NCBI GenBank assembly: GCA_023262965.1
Contig: JALQXX010000004.1
Location: forward strand, 2,897-66,896
DNA length: 64,000 bases
Reading direction: 5' to 3'
Source: Candidatus Marinamargulisbacteria bacterium
GTDB lineage: Bacteria; Margulisbacteria; Marinamargulisbacteria; UBA817
The notes under the pieces were generated by a model. It saw only the letters and a program-made list of their open reading frames with translations, was not told the DNA's origin and did no database searches. Numbering within the stretch: position 1 is the stretch's first letter; each line of letters begins with the position of its first letter. Made by a program: the position numbers and the translations under genes. This document shows positions 21,051-32,061 of this stretch, piece after piece.

Positions 21051-21871
21051 TTCGATGGGTATTGGGTCTGGACCCAGCTTATGAGCGAATACCCACGTTA
21101 TTCAAACAGTCTCATACTATCGACTTAGTTGGATGGGGAACAACCGTTATCGAAGCTGTTTGTGACACTGTATGTGCTGTGAAACTGCAATCAGCTTATT
21201 TTGAAGCCTATGGTCGCCACGGTATGGATGCAATGGCAACGTTAATTACCGTTTCACGAAAAAACAAGCTAAAAGTTATTATGGATGCTAAACGCGGTGA
21301 TATTGGGGAAACCGCGAACGCCTATGCCGCCGCGTATCTTGCCGATACGGGCCCGTATTCACGGGATTTTGTATCCGACTACCTGACCGTTAACCCATTA
21401 ATGGGGGATGATTGCTTAGACGCCTTTGTTTCTGCGGCCATCACCCATCAAAAAGGATTGTTTGTATTGCTTGAAACATCCAATCCGGGGTCTAAAATGA
21501 TTTTGACTCAACAAACACATGATGGAAACTGTGTTGCTGATAAAATAGCGGATTATATTCAATCGGTGCATGATTCATTGAACCTAAATGGCGAACTGGG
21601 ACCTATTGGTGTGGTGGTTGGGGCAACCCATACAAATGGCCATTTATGGCGCCAAAAATTGCCCAATAGCGTATTTTTAATGCCTGGTATAGGCCCCCAA
21701 GGTGGCTCAATGGCATCTGTAAACGCCTGCTTACGTCCGGATGGTCACGGCGTATGGGCTCCGTTATCCCGTGGCCTAACAAACGCAGCGCTTGATGTCC
21801 CCACCTCGGACGCATTTATTGCCATTGTTCGTGCAAATTTACAAGTCTACCAAACCACTCAACCTCGTTAA
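21047..21871 (+). CDS. pyrF: Orotidine 5'-phosphate decarboxylase (type 2)
   Basis: 274 aa with DAKRGDIGETA and a type-2 length and layout. Confidence 0.85.
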   Translation: MIRWVLGLDPAYERIPTLFKQSHTIDLVGWGTTVIEAVCDTVCAVKLQSAYFEAYGRHGMDAMATLITVSRKNKLKVIMDAKRGDIGETANAYAAAYLADTGPYSRDFVSDYLTVNPLMGDDCLDAFVSAAITHQKGLFVLLETSNPGSKMILTQQTHDGNCVADKIADYIQSVHDSLNLNGELGPIGVVVGATHTNGHLWRQKLPNSVFLMPGIGPQGGSMASVNACLRPDGHGVWAPLSRGLTNAALDVPTSDAFIAIVRANLQVYQTTQPR

Positions 21872-22815
21872 TTGAATTGAGTATACGCATTAACCAGTGC
21901 CGCGGATCCTAAATACAGTGGCACTCGTTGGTGCAATTCGGTTGGCTCTATCGATAAAATACGGTTACACCCATCCGTTGCCAAACCACCCGCTTGCTCA
22001 CAAATAAACGCTAACGGATTGGCTTCATATAAAAGCCGTAACTTACCACGCGGGGATTGACGCGTTGCCGGATACATATAAATGCCACCCTTTAATAAAT
22101 TTCTATGGAAATCCGCGACAAGGGACCCAACATATCGTAGTGATAAGGATTCACGCAACGTTTGAATAAACCGTTGATTACGCGAATCGCACGCATTAAA
22201 TAACGCTTCGTTTACGGAATAATACATGGGCGAATCCGGTATGCGGATATTTTCATGAGACAGTATAAACTCACCAATACCTGGATCGTATGTAAACCCA
22301 TACACGCCGTTGCCGGCTGTATACACCATCACAACCGACGATCCATAAATAACGTAACCCGCAGCAATTTGTTGAACCCCTGTTTGTAAGCAGTGATCCA
22401 GCAAGGTATTTGCCTGTGGATTTTTTTTAAATATCGAAAAAATTGTCCCCACACTAACATTCACATCAATATTGGATGACCCGTCCAGTGGATCAAATAA
22501 AATAACATAATCGCTTGTTTCGTAGGTATCGGTTTGCACCACAGCCGATTCTTCCTCCGACCCCATAAATGAAAAGCGTTGGTGATTGGATAAGGTATCT
22601 TTAATAATTGTATTGGCCAATATATCCAAACGCTGGACCACCTCACCCGATTCATTAACATGGCCCGATACGCCGCACAAATTGGTGAGGCCAGCACGAA
22701 TAACCTGTTGTCGAATTAATTTTGCAGCTACATTAATATCGTATAAAATGTGCGATATATCATTGGATGTCAGTGCATGATCAATAATGTGTTTTTCAAT
22801 TGTAACAATACTCAT
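21868..22815 (-). CDS. fbp: Fructose-1,6-bisphosphatase class 1
   Basis: DPLDGSSNIDVNVSVGTIFSI and GKLRLLYEANPLAFICEQAGG are present. The start is taken at Met 22815; the track ORF extends to 22884. Its stop shares the palindromic TTAA with the pyrF stop. Confidence 0.9.
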   Translation of the reverse strand: MSIVTIEKHIIDHALTSNDISHILYDINVAAKLIRQQVIRAGLTNLCGVSGHVNESGEVVQRLDILANTIIKDTLSNHQRFSFMGSEEESAVVQTDTYETSDYVILFDPLDGSSNIDVNVSVGTIFSIFKKNPQANTLLDHCLQTGVQQIAAGYVIYGSSVVMVYTAGNGVYGFTYDPGIGEFILSHENIRIPDSPMYYSVNEALFNACDSRNQRFIQTLRESLSLRYVGSLVADFHRNLLKGGIYMYPATRQSPRGKLRLLYEANPLAFICEQAGGLATDGCNRILSIEPTELHQRVPLYLGSAALVNAYTQFN

Positions 22816-22925
22816 AGTATTTATCATACAATCGATATCAAAATTAATACATCCATAACAACATAAATGTTTAAACAAATCCATCGATGGGTATATCTAT
22901 GTTACATTACAACGAAGGAGCCCCC

Positions 22926-23051
22926 ATGTCACAAAAACCCGATAACGCCATTGTATTCCCGGATAGCAAAACCCCTATCATCTTAAACAAGGACATTCGC
23001 ATTATTAACCTCACTACAAAAAAAGTTCAAATCAATTATAGTTTAAATTAG
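22926..23051 (+). CDS. Possible small protein (41 aa), below the track size cutoff
   Basis: ATG 22926 has AAGGAG 6 nt upstream. It translates as MSQKPDNAIVFPDSKTPIILNKDIRIINLTTKKVQINYSLN. Its 3' end overlaps the convergent membrane-protein gene by 20 nt. Confidence 0.25.
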   Translation: MSQKPDNAIVFPDSKTPIILNKDIRIINLTTKKVQINYSLN

Positions 23052-23781
23052 AAATAACCCGTACATAGCGGAACGCCCACCAAGAAAAAACAGAAGAAAA
23101 CATTGCGAAAATGCCTCCCACTACATAAAAAATAGTCTTAATGTAGATTGGTGACAGCCATAGGACACATAAAAAACCCACTATTCCTAAAACAATACAA
23201 ACAATAGCAAGATTGAAAAACACCCATAACGTTACCCCTGGATTTCGATACACAAGGTGCACGGCCTGTTTCAAACACACAACAGGCGATACCCCCCACT
23301 GGTGTACGGCCGCATGAATAATTATCGGGTACACATAAAGCGTCATAAACGCGCACAACAAAAGCCCCACACGCAACCCAAACCTCACGAACAACAAAAA
23401 AAGAGATGCCCACATATTATCGAATTGCAAATCATGAACTGACATTATATTCACCAAATCCTCCATCAGGCATGAAATGCCTACCATGCCCGCCATCACC
23501 CACCCAAATCGACGGTAAACCTGTTGAAATATCGCCATTGTCATAGGGATGCGACTTGCCCGCGTTATTGCCATAACCAACACCCATGGATTAATCACCA
23601 TGAGCCCAATCGTCCAGTTGAGCCGCTGAACAAAAAAAGGAAACGTTTCAAATTCAACGATATTATTTGCGATAGCTATACTCAACCCATGTAAACTATG
23701 CGGAACAACGATAACATAATCCTGGCGAATGGTACGATACGTTTTTCGCATTAAACGCCAAAAAAGACTATTCATTGTCAT
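23032..23781 (-). CDS. Polytopic integral membrane protein, function unknown
   Basis: 249 aa with at least 5 hydrophobic helices. It overlaps the aroE stop by 14 nt, which suggests one operon. Confidence 0.5.
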   Translation of the reverse strand: MTMNSLFWRLMRKTYRTIRQDYVIVVPHSLHGLSIAIANNIVEFETFPFFVQRLNWTIGLMVINPWVLVMAITRASRIPMTMAIFQQVYRRFGWVMAGMVGISCLMEDLVNIMSVHDLQFDNMWASLFLLFVRFGLRVGLLLCAFMTLYVYPIIIHAAVHQWGVSPVVCLKQAVHLVYRNPGVTLWVFFNLAIVCIVLGIVGFLCVLWLSPIYIKTIFYVVGGIFAMFSSVFSWWAFRYVRVISNLNYN

Positions 23782-24634
23782 CCCCCTCCGTTATCACCCG
23801 CATCACACCCGCAACATCCGCATCATCTGAATGACCATCAAAAAACAATCGAAATGCCAATACCCCTTGACTGGCCAACATGCCCAGCCCATTTAAAACA
23901 TGCGCGCCATTTTTTCGGGCAATCGCCATCATAGCCGTCTCTGCAGGCGTGTAAATTAAATCATAATAGGTTTGCCCCGATACAATCGCATCGCTATGTG
24001 GAAAAACCGAATCCGTAGGCTTCATTCCAACCGATGTTGCATTAATAATCAAATCATGGGCCTGTATTTTTTTAGGTGTTAATGCATCAAATGTATCCAA
24101 CTCAATGGCTGTATGCAACGCGTATGGCCGCAATCGATCCAACAATGCCTGTGTTTGTGTGTGGTTTCGCGCAACAATTGTTACATAAGGAATTGCCATT
24201 TTTATACACTGGTATATAACCGCCTTTGCGGCACCACCATTCCCATAAATCAGCACCGATGCGTATTTTTGGTCCGCTATTGGGGAATAAAAACCACTAG
24301 CATCCGTGTTGTACCCCCATAATTGGCCATTATTAACCACTATCGTATTACACGCCCCCATAATCGTTACATCATCATCACAATAATCCAAATAGGGTAA
24401 AACAGCGGTCTTATACGGCAAGGTAATATTGATGCCCCGCCATGGTGGTTTGCGCAAATCCGCCATGAATGTCGCCAAATGCACCGTATCCTCAATATGG
24501 ATCGCTGTATACTCAGCATTCACCTGATGACGATGTATCAAATACCCATGCAGAAGGGGCGATTTGGAATGCTGAATTGGATTTCCAATAACCGCTAGTT
24601 GATGATTGTAAAACTTAGGGCTTGTCAAATTCAT
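23768..24634 (-). CDS. aroE: Shikimate dehydrogenase
   Basis: 288 aa with VIGNPIQHSKSPLLH, NITLPYK, NTD and GNGGAAKAV. Confidence 0.9.
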   Translation of the reverse strand: MNLTSPKFYNHQLAVIGNPIQHSKSPLLHGYLIHRHQVNAEYTAIHIEDTVHLATFMADLRKPPWRGINITLPYKTAVLPYLDYCDDDVTIMGACNTIVVNNGQLWGYNTDASGFYSPIADQKYASVLIYGNGGAAKAVIYQCIKMAIPYVTIVARNHTQTQALLDRLRPYALHTAIELDTFDALTPKKIQAHDLIINATSVGMKPTDSVFPHSDAIVSGQTYYDLIYTPAETAMMAIARKNGAHVLNGLGMLASQGVLAFRLFFDGHSDDADVAGVMRVITEGDDNE

Positions 24635-24658
24635 ATATGAATACCATTATTATGGTAA

Positions 24659-26362
<1,704 letters not shown>

Positions 26363-26374
26363 TTCACAACAGTC

Positions 26375-26430
26375 GCGCCTTCCCTATTAGACATCCATTG
26401 CGATGGATCGTTTATACCCTGGGAAGGCGC
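26375..26430. terminator. Compound hairpin between convergent thiC and the 611-aa ORF (candidate bidirectional terminator)
   Basis: GCGCCTTCCC (26375-26384) is the perfect complement of GGGAAGGCGC (26421-26430). An inner ATCCAT-TGCG-ATGGAT hairpin sits in the loop. U-tracts are weak. Confidence 0.4.
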
Positions 26431-26432
26431 AT

Positions 26433-28268
26433 TTATGCGCACGAATTAAATACTGAGGCAAAAATGTCGGATCGCGATTTAAGAAAAACATCCAACGATT
26501 CCCCTATTTTTTTAAAATCATCCACCATTGCTTTTCGTGCCGAAGTTGACATCGGATACGTGTCATAAAACAATTGAATGTAGTACCGAATTCCGGCTCG
26601 AAGATTGTTGGCAAATCGCAACAATCGCCGGATATCAATAGCCGATGCCTCTGAGGGCGTGGCTAACACATCTTTTTTTAAATATTGGACATACATACGC
26701 AATTCTGAAATAAAAAAATGCGGTCGCTGGATCCCCATCAATACATTCACGCGACCATAAATATGATCAACCATCTCTTTTAATGTCATTATTTTATTAA
26801 AGTACGCAATATTAGGTCCGGGACAAACTGCCGATACCTGGGGGCGGTTCGATTCAATACCATAACTGAGTAATGCCGGTGCCGCTAAATCTTCACATAG
26901 ACAGGCTTTATCAATAATCTTTTTAAAGAGGGTGTCATATGCAGACGATAATAAATTCATTTTTTTTAATTGCATGATCTTGCGTTTTTGGTAAAAAATA
27001 GAGGCCTTGCACACCGGCTTTTTTGAAAATTCGGTGTCCGAAACCAGATAACCCTTTGGACAAGGGCTTCCTGGCTTATCTTCGGCCACACGCGTCATCT
27101 TTTGAACCTCACTTTGAGTGTTTTTTATTGTGTTAAATGGTACACCCAAAGGCGAAATTTCACTCAAATAACAATCCGATTCTGTAGCATGTTGCAACAA
27201 TGTTCGTGTTGCAACATCCACGGTAGTCACCTGTGGAACGAGTAAAAAGGGTGTGGCCCATCCTGTACTATGAACACCATAATAATCCATTAAAAACTGA
27301 TGTTCAGCATGCGTTCCAAGACCGCCTTGATACGTTAAACGCGCATCAACCGTATCCGGAATCAGCGGTTTATTATTCGCTTCCAAAAAGTGATTGCACG
27401 TTTTGCGACATTCCATCACCAAGTCCGGCAATTTATACTTGAACTCATCTAAAATAGGCCCACACAACAAGCCCTCGGTTGCAAAGGCATGCCCCCCACA
27501 GTTTAATCCAGATTCAACCCGATACTCCGATATAAACACACCTTTTTTGGCTAAAAACCGGCCCTGGATCTGACTGGATCTAAAATCCGATACTTTAAGA
27601 ATAATTTGTTTTTTGGGGGCCCCATTTACAAAGAAAAAATCATCAATTTGAGCACATTGAGCAAATAAACGACGGTTAAACCCAGCTGAAAAAACCACAC
27701 TTGCTTCAAGCCGTGATTCCGCAAATCCTCGCAATGCCGACACCGCATCCGAAAAAATATCGGGCAACACGTTGTTATCAGCATCATAGTTGTTTCGATC
27801 CAGTTTGGTCATAATATTCACATCAATAGGCCCCGGCTGAATGAACGCCCGACACTGCTGCTCCAACTGTGCTCGCTCATCCCCTAAAGACACACACATA
27901 TGGTTAAATACAATCTTCATCGGGTGATTATCTGGAAGGAGTTTAAAAAACAATGTATTATCGGAATCATCCAAAAAAGGTGTTGTTTTCATAGACGCAA
28001 TTTGACGATCAATTAAATCTTGCAATAAATTCAAATAGGCTGTGATCCGTTGTTGCCGATACGCATACCCACTATCTGGAGTAATGGCCTCAAACGGAAT
28101 GCTGTATTTGTTAGAATAATACGCCCGCATGGTTTCACATAAAACATCATCACCAATGGATACTACCGAAGCAATACCAAACCGTGCAACCTTATATGGC
28201 GTATCAATTGTAAAAGCCGTCCCCATAACCGGTATATGAAAATGATGCACATAATTTTTAACACTCAT
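26433..28268 (-). CDS. Large cytoplasmic protein of unknown function (weak NMO/FabK-like TIM-barrel hints)
   Basis: 611 aa with no signal peptide or TM helix. The N-terminus reads HIPVMGTAFTIDTPYKVARFGIASVVSIG, with a mid-protein VESGLNCGGHAF and several Cys-containing stretches (CPKGY, CLCEDLA, VCPGPN). I recognise no family with confidence. Confidence 0.6.
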   Translation of the reverse strand: MSVKNYVHHFHIPVMGTAFTIDTPYKVARFGIASVVSIGDDVLCETMRAYYSNKYSIPFEAITPDSGYAYRQQRITAYLNLLQDLIDRQIASMKTTPFLDDSDNTLFFKLLPDNHPMKIVFNHMCVSLGDERAQLEQQCRAFIQPGPIDVNIMTKLDRNNYDADNNVLPDIFSDAVSALRGFAESRLEASVVFSAGFNRRLFAQCAQIDDFFFVNGAPKKQIILKVSDFRSSQIQGRFLAKKGVFISEYRVESGLNCGGHAFATEGLLCGPILDEFKYKLPDLVMECRKTCNHFLEANNKPLIPDTVDARLTYQGGLGTHAEHQFLMDYYGVHSTGWATPFLLVPQVTTVDVATRTLLQHATESDCYLSEISPLGVPFNTIKNTQSEVQKMTRVAEDKPGSPCPKGYLVSDTEFSKKPVCKASIFYQKRKIMQLKKMNLLSSAYDTLFKKIIDKACLCEDLAAPALLSYGIESNRPQVSAVCPGPNIAYFNKIMTLKEMVDHIYGRVNVLMGIQRPHFFISELRMYVQYLKKDVLATPSEASAIDIRRLLRFANNLRAGIRYYIQLFYDTYPMSTSARKAMVDDFKKIGESLDVFLKSRSDIFASVFNSCA

Positions 28269-28329
28269 AACGCTATAAATATAGTGTACCTTAATTCAAA
28301 TTTTTCGTCCAAGTCTCTATTATAAAAAT

Positions 28330-29445
28330 ATGGTGTTGAAAAAATACAGCAACTTGGCGTACATTGAACCTATTATGACGCCAATTGATTTACATCGTAT
28401 TGCTCAATCAAACGATACCCTAACCAAAGAACACGCTCTTGACCTACTCAGTGACACATACAGTGTATGGGATATTATGTCTGCGGCCTACTGGCCTCGA
28501 AAGCGTTACTATGCCAACCAGGTTCGCATTCATATTTTAAATAATTCGCAAAATGGGCATTGTCCCGAGGATTGTCATTACTGCGTTCAATCCAAAGATT
28601 CCAAAGTTCCTATTGAAAAATATGGCAAAAAAGAGGCCGATCAATTAATCCAAGAGGCTGGTGAGGCTTATAAAAATGGCGCCTTCCGATATTGCATGGT
28701 GTTTTCCGGTCGGGGCCCCTCCAAAAAACGCGTCGCGTTTCTATCAGATGTTATTAAAAAAATTAAAGAAACATACCCCATTGAAGTATGTCTATCGCCA
28801 GGATTATTATCCCGTGAGGATGCAAAAGAACTTGCTGCGGCTGGTTTGGATCGCTACAACCATAATCTAAATACATCGGAAGGTTATTACAATTCTATAT
28901 GCACAACACACACGTATCACGATCGCTTGGAAACCTTGGAGAATGTAAGTCATCATAATATCAATATTTGCTCAGGAATGATTGTTGGTATGGGCGAATC
29001 GCACAACGATATTGTTGACGTTGCTTTTAAGCTAAAGGAGCTAAAAGTGATATCCATTCCAATTAATTTTTATTTGTACATGGCCGGAAACACATTGGGC
29101 CCTAAACCGCCAATAACGCCTGTAGACGCCTGTAAAATTGTAGGTCTTTTTCGATTAATCAATCCCCAGGCGGAAATCCGATTAGCGGCTGGACGCGAAG
29201 CATATTTGCAACACTTACAACCCATGGCACTAATGGCGGCCAATTCACTTTTTGCAGAAGGCTATTTAAATATTACCGGATCGGGTGTCATTGATACCAT
29301 TAATTTAATTGAATCCTCTGGATTTACAGTGGATTCACATGTCGATTTATCCTTGTTTAGGGACCAACAAAAAACCTTAGCAAGTTTACAACGATACAAT
29401 AAAACGGAACTTAATCTCAAAACTAAAGCCGAGCTAAAAGCATAA
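28330..29445 (+). CDS. bioB: Biotin synthase (radical SAM)
   Basis: CPEDCHYCVQS radical-SAM motif with a BioB-like body. The true start may be Met 28375 (MTPIDLHRIAQS). Confidence 0.88.
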   Translation: MVLKKYSNLAYIEPIMTPIDLHRIAQSNDTLTKEHALDLLSDTYSVWDIMSAAYWPRKRYYANQVRIHILNNSQNGHCPEDCHYCVQSKDSKVPIEKYGKKEADQLIQEAGEAYKNGAFRYCMVFSGRGPSKKRVAFLSDVIKKIKETYPIEVCLSPGLLSREDAKELAAAGLDRYNHNLNTSEGYYNSICTTHTYHDRLETLENVSHHNINICSGMIVGMGESHNDIVDVAFKLKELKVISIPINFYLYMAGNTLGPKPPITPVDACKIVGLFRLINPQAEIRLAAGREAYLQHLQPMALMAANSLFAEGYLNITGSGVIDTINLIESSGFTVDSHVDLSLFRDQQKTLASLQRYNKTELNLKTKAELKA

Positions 29446-29454
29446 CTCGGCTTT
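29425..29454 (+). terminator. Candidate terminator hairpin overlapping the bioB stop
   Basis: AAAGCCGAG (29425-29433) pairs with CTCGGCTTT (29446-29454) around a 12-nt loop. ATAATT follows, so the U-tract is weak. Confidence 0.35.
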
Positions 29455-29476
29455 ATAATTGGTGTAAATAGCTACA

Positions 29477-30112
29477 CTATACTAGAAATGATGAATCAAA
29501 TCCACGCCGTGCAACCGTATAGTAATGCGATATTTGTGCCCAGTTGATAATGTTCCAAAAAGCATTTATGTAATCTAATCGACGGTTCTGATACGTTAAG
29601 TAATAAGCATGCTCCCAAACATCCAAACCCAATAATGGAATATGATTGGTCATAACCGGACAATCTTGATTGGGGGTAGCCATTACCGATAATTCAGCCG
29701 TTTCCGACATAACCAACCATGCCCAACCACTACCAAATTGATTCAAAGCCGCATTGGCAAAAGCATTTTTAAATTGATCAAATGCACCAAAACATCTACA
29801 AATATGTTCCACAATATCACCTTGGGGTGTATTGTCCTCAGGGTTTGATGTTAAAATTGTCCAAAAAAAGGAATGATTAACATGCCCCCCACCGTTGTTT
29901 CGAACCGTCTGACGAATCGCATCTGGAACCGCATCCAAATTTTTAAGGACCGTAGATACACGTTGATTTTCAAATGGGGTATTTTCTACAGCCGCATTAT
30001 ATTTTGTAATATACGCTTGGTGATGCTTGCCATGATGCAAGGCCATTGTTTGCGCATCAATAACGGGGGATAAGCTATCCAAACTGTATGGTAGTACAGG
30101 TAATTGTTGCAT
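29477..30112 (-). CDS. Fe/Mn superoxide dismutase
   Basis: 211 aa with LPYSLDSL, HHGKHHQAY, FGSGWAWL and DVWEHAYYL. Metal specificity was not determined. Confidence 0.93.
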   Translation of the reverse strand: MQQLPVLPYSLDSLSPVIDAQTMALHHGKHHQAYITKYNAAVENTPFENQRVSTVLKNLDAVPDAIRQTVRNNGGGHVNHSFFWTILTSNPEDNTPQGDIVEHICRCFGAFDQFKNAFANAALNQFGSGWAWLVMSETAELSVMATPNQDCPVMTNHIPLLGLDVWEHAYYLTYQNRRLDYINAFWNIINWAQISHYYTVARRGFDSSFLV

Positions 30113-30114
30113 CG

Positions 30115-30720
30115 TTACGACTTAGCCATCACTTTCACCCCTTGAAAATATGTCTGGACACCTTCCGTGGATGCACTTAAAGACTTTTGGCCTTTTTGCC
30201 AATTTGCCGGACACACATCCCCATTCGTTTCATGAAACTGAAGCGCATCAATCACACGAATAACATCGTCAACATTACGCCCCAATGATAAATCATTCAC
30301 CAACTGATGACGAATAATGCCTTTTTTATCCAATAAGAACACCCCTCTGTACGCAATACCATCATCCTCTGCCAATACATCGAAATCTCGAGCAATGGTT
30401 TTTGTAATATCCGAAACCAGTGGGTAGGTAACGCCTTGAATACCCCCTTTGTCTGGCGGGGTACGTAACCACGCCGCATGCGTATACTTGGAATCCACCG
30501 AGCACCCAACAACCTGTGTATTACGTGATTCAAACGCCTCAATTTGTTCTTGAAATGCATGCAACTCTGTTGGGCACACAAACGTGAAATCAAGTGGATA
30601 AAAGAAGAATACTACATATCGCCCTTGAAATTGCTTTAATGTAAACTCTTCAACAATATCCTGCCCATTAATCACAGCACTCGCTTTGAAATCTGGGGCT
30701 TTTTTTCCAACCAATCCCAT
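30115..30720 (-). CDS. Typical 2-Cys peroxiredoxin (AhpC/Prx1 family)
   Basis: 201 aa. The peroxidatic Cys lies in FTFVCPTE and the resolving Cys in GDVCPANW. A strong AAGGAGG sits upstream. Confidence 0.92.
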   Translation of the reverse strand: MGLVGKKAPDFKASAVINGQDIVEEFTLKQFQGRYVVFFFYPLDFTFVCPTELHAFQEQIEAFESRNTQVVGCSVDSKYTHAAWLRTPPDKGGIQGVTYPLVSDITKTIARDFDVLAEDDGIAYRGVFLLDKKGIIRHQLVNDLSLGRNVDDVIRVIDALQFHETNGDVCPANWQKGQKSLSASTEGVQTYFQGVKVMAKS

Positions 30721-30825
30721 AAATAATCCTCCTTGTTTTTTTTATTCCATACTAATGATATACGTTACCTTCATTATAAATCAAGATAGCTTTTCAAACG
30801 ATTTGTCAGTACACTGAAGGTTATT

Positions 30826-32061
30826 GTGGAATCAAAAAACATTGCTATTGTTGGAAGCGGAATATCGGGCTTAAGTGCGGCTTACTTATTAAGTCGTCGT
30901 CACACGGTAACGTTATTTGAATCCAGTGATCGCTTAGGTGGTCACGCCAACACCGTATCCACCCCCTGCGGACAACATATTGACACCGGATTTGTTGTGT
31001 TTAATAAAAAAAATTACCCATATTTTTGCAAATTATTAAACGAGCTGAATGTCCCGATTGTTGAGTCAGATATGAGTTTTGCATATGTTGATCCCATTCA
31101 AAATCACTACTATAGTAGCGATATCCCCTGGGGTATTTTTAGTAAAAAATCAACCCTTTTTTCACCAAGTTTTTATAAATTCATATTTAGCATTGCGTCG
31201 TTCAATAAAGAATCGCTGCGTGATTTACCAAAGCTGTCTGATAAAGAATCGCTCAATGATTATCTTCAACGAAAAGCCTATTCGCCACGTCTCATTCGTG
31301 AATATGTACTGCCTATGGGAGCGGCTATTTGGTCCACCTCAGAAAAAAATATTGGCCAATTCCCTGCAAAAACGTTTTTCAACTTTTGGAATCATCATTG
31401 TTTGCTACAAACCACCAATCGACCCAAATGGGCCACCATAAAAAACGGCAGTCAAACCTACATCAATGCATTAATCAATGCCATCTCAATCACGGTTTAT
31501 TGCAATCAAGCCATACGCCGTATTCATCGCCATCCAACCCATGTTACCGTAGAATCCTATCATGGCCGCTACGATTTTGACTGCGTTGTTATTGCAACTC
31601 ACGCGGATCAAGCATTACGACTATTGGATTCCCCCACACCAATGGAAAAAATATTATTAAGCCCCTGGGTATATACCAACAATCAAATTATTCTTCACTC
31701 CGATTGTCGTGTTGCCCCGCCTGCAAAATCGGCTTGGGCGTCATGGATATATACCCGTACATGCAATACCGTTATGCAGGCATCGTACTTTATGAATCGA
31801 TTGCAAAAATTAAAGACCCCCACCCCATTTTTTGTCACCTTAAATAGCCAGCTACCGATTCATTCTGAAAAAATTATATATACAACACGATATGAACACC
31901 CCATGATGACACAGTCATCTGTAGAGACACAAACCAATCTACATGAATTAAATGGGGTAAAAAACACCTACTTTTGTGGAAGCTATTTTGGCAATGGTTT
32001 TCACGAAGACGGTATCCGATCTGCTGTGATGGTTGCCAATCAATTGGGATGTCCGTTTTAA
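30826..32061 (+). CDS. FAD-dependent oxidoreductase (amine-oxidase / desaturase-like)
   Basis: 411 aa with a GTG start, the dinucleotide fold IAIVGSGISGLSAAYLL and GGHANT. It is the first gene of the lipid-modification cluster. Confidence 0.8.
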   Translation: MESKNIAIVGSGISGLSAAYLLSRRHTVTLFESSDRLGGHANTVSTPCGQHIDTGFVVFNKKNYPYFCKLLNELNVPIVESDMSFAYVDPIQNHYYSSDIPWGIFSKKSTLFSPSFYKFIFSIASFNKESLRDLPKLSDKESLNDYLQRKAYSPRLIREYVLPMGAAIWSTSEKNIGQFPAKTFFNFWNHHCLLQTTNRPKWATIKNGSQTYINALINAISITVYCNQAIRRIHRHPTHVTVESYHGRYDFDCVVIATHADQALRLLDSPTPMEKILLSPWVYTNNQIILHSDCRVAPPAKSAWASWIYTRTCNTVMQASYFMNRLQKLKTPTPFFVTLNSQLPIHSEKIIYTTRYEHPMMTQSSVETQTNLHELNGVKNTYFCGSYFGNGFHEDGIRSAVMVANQLGCPF

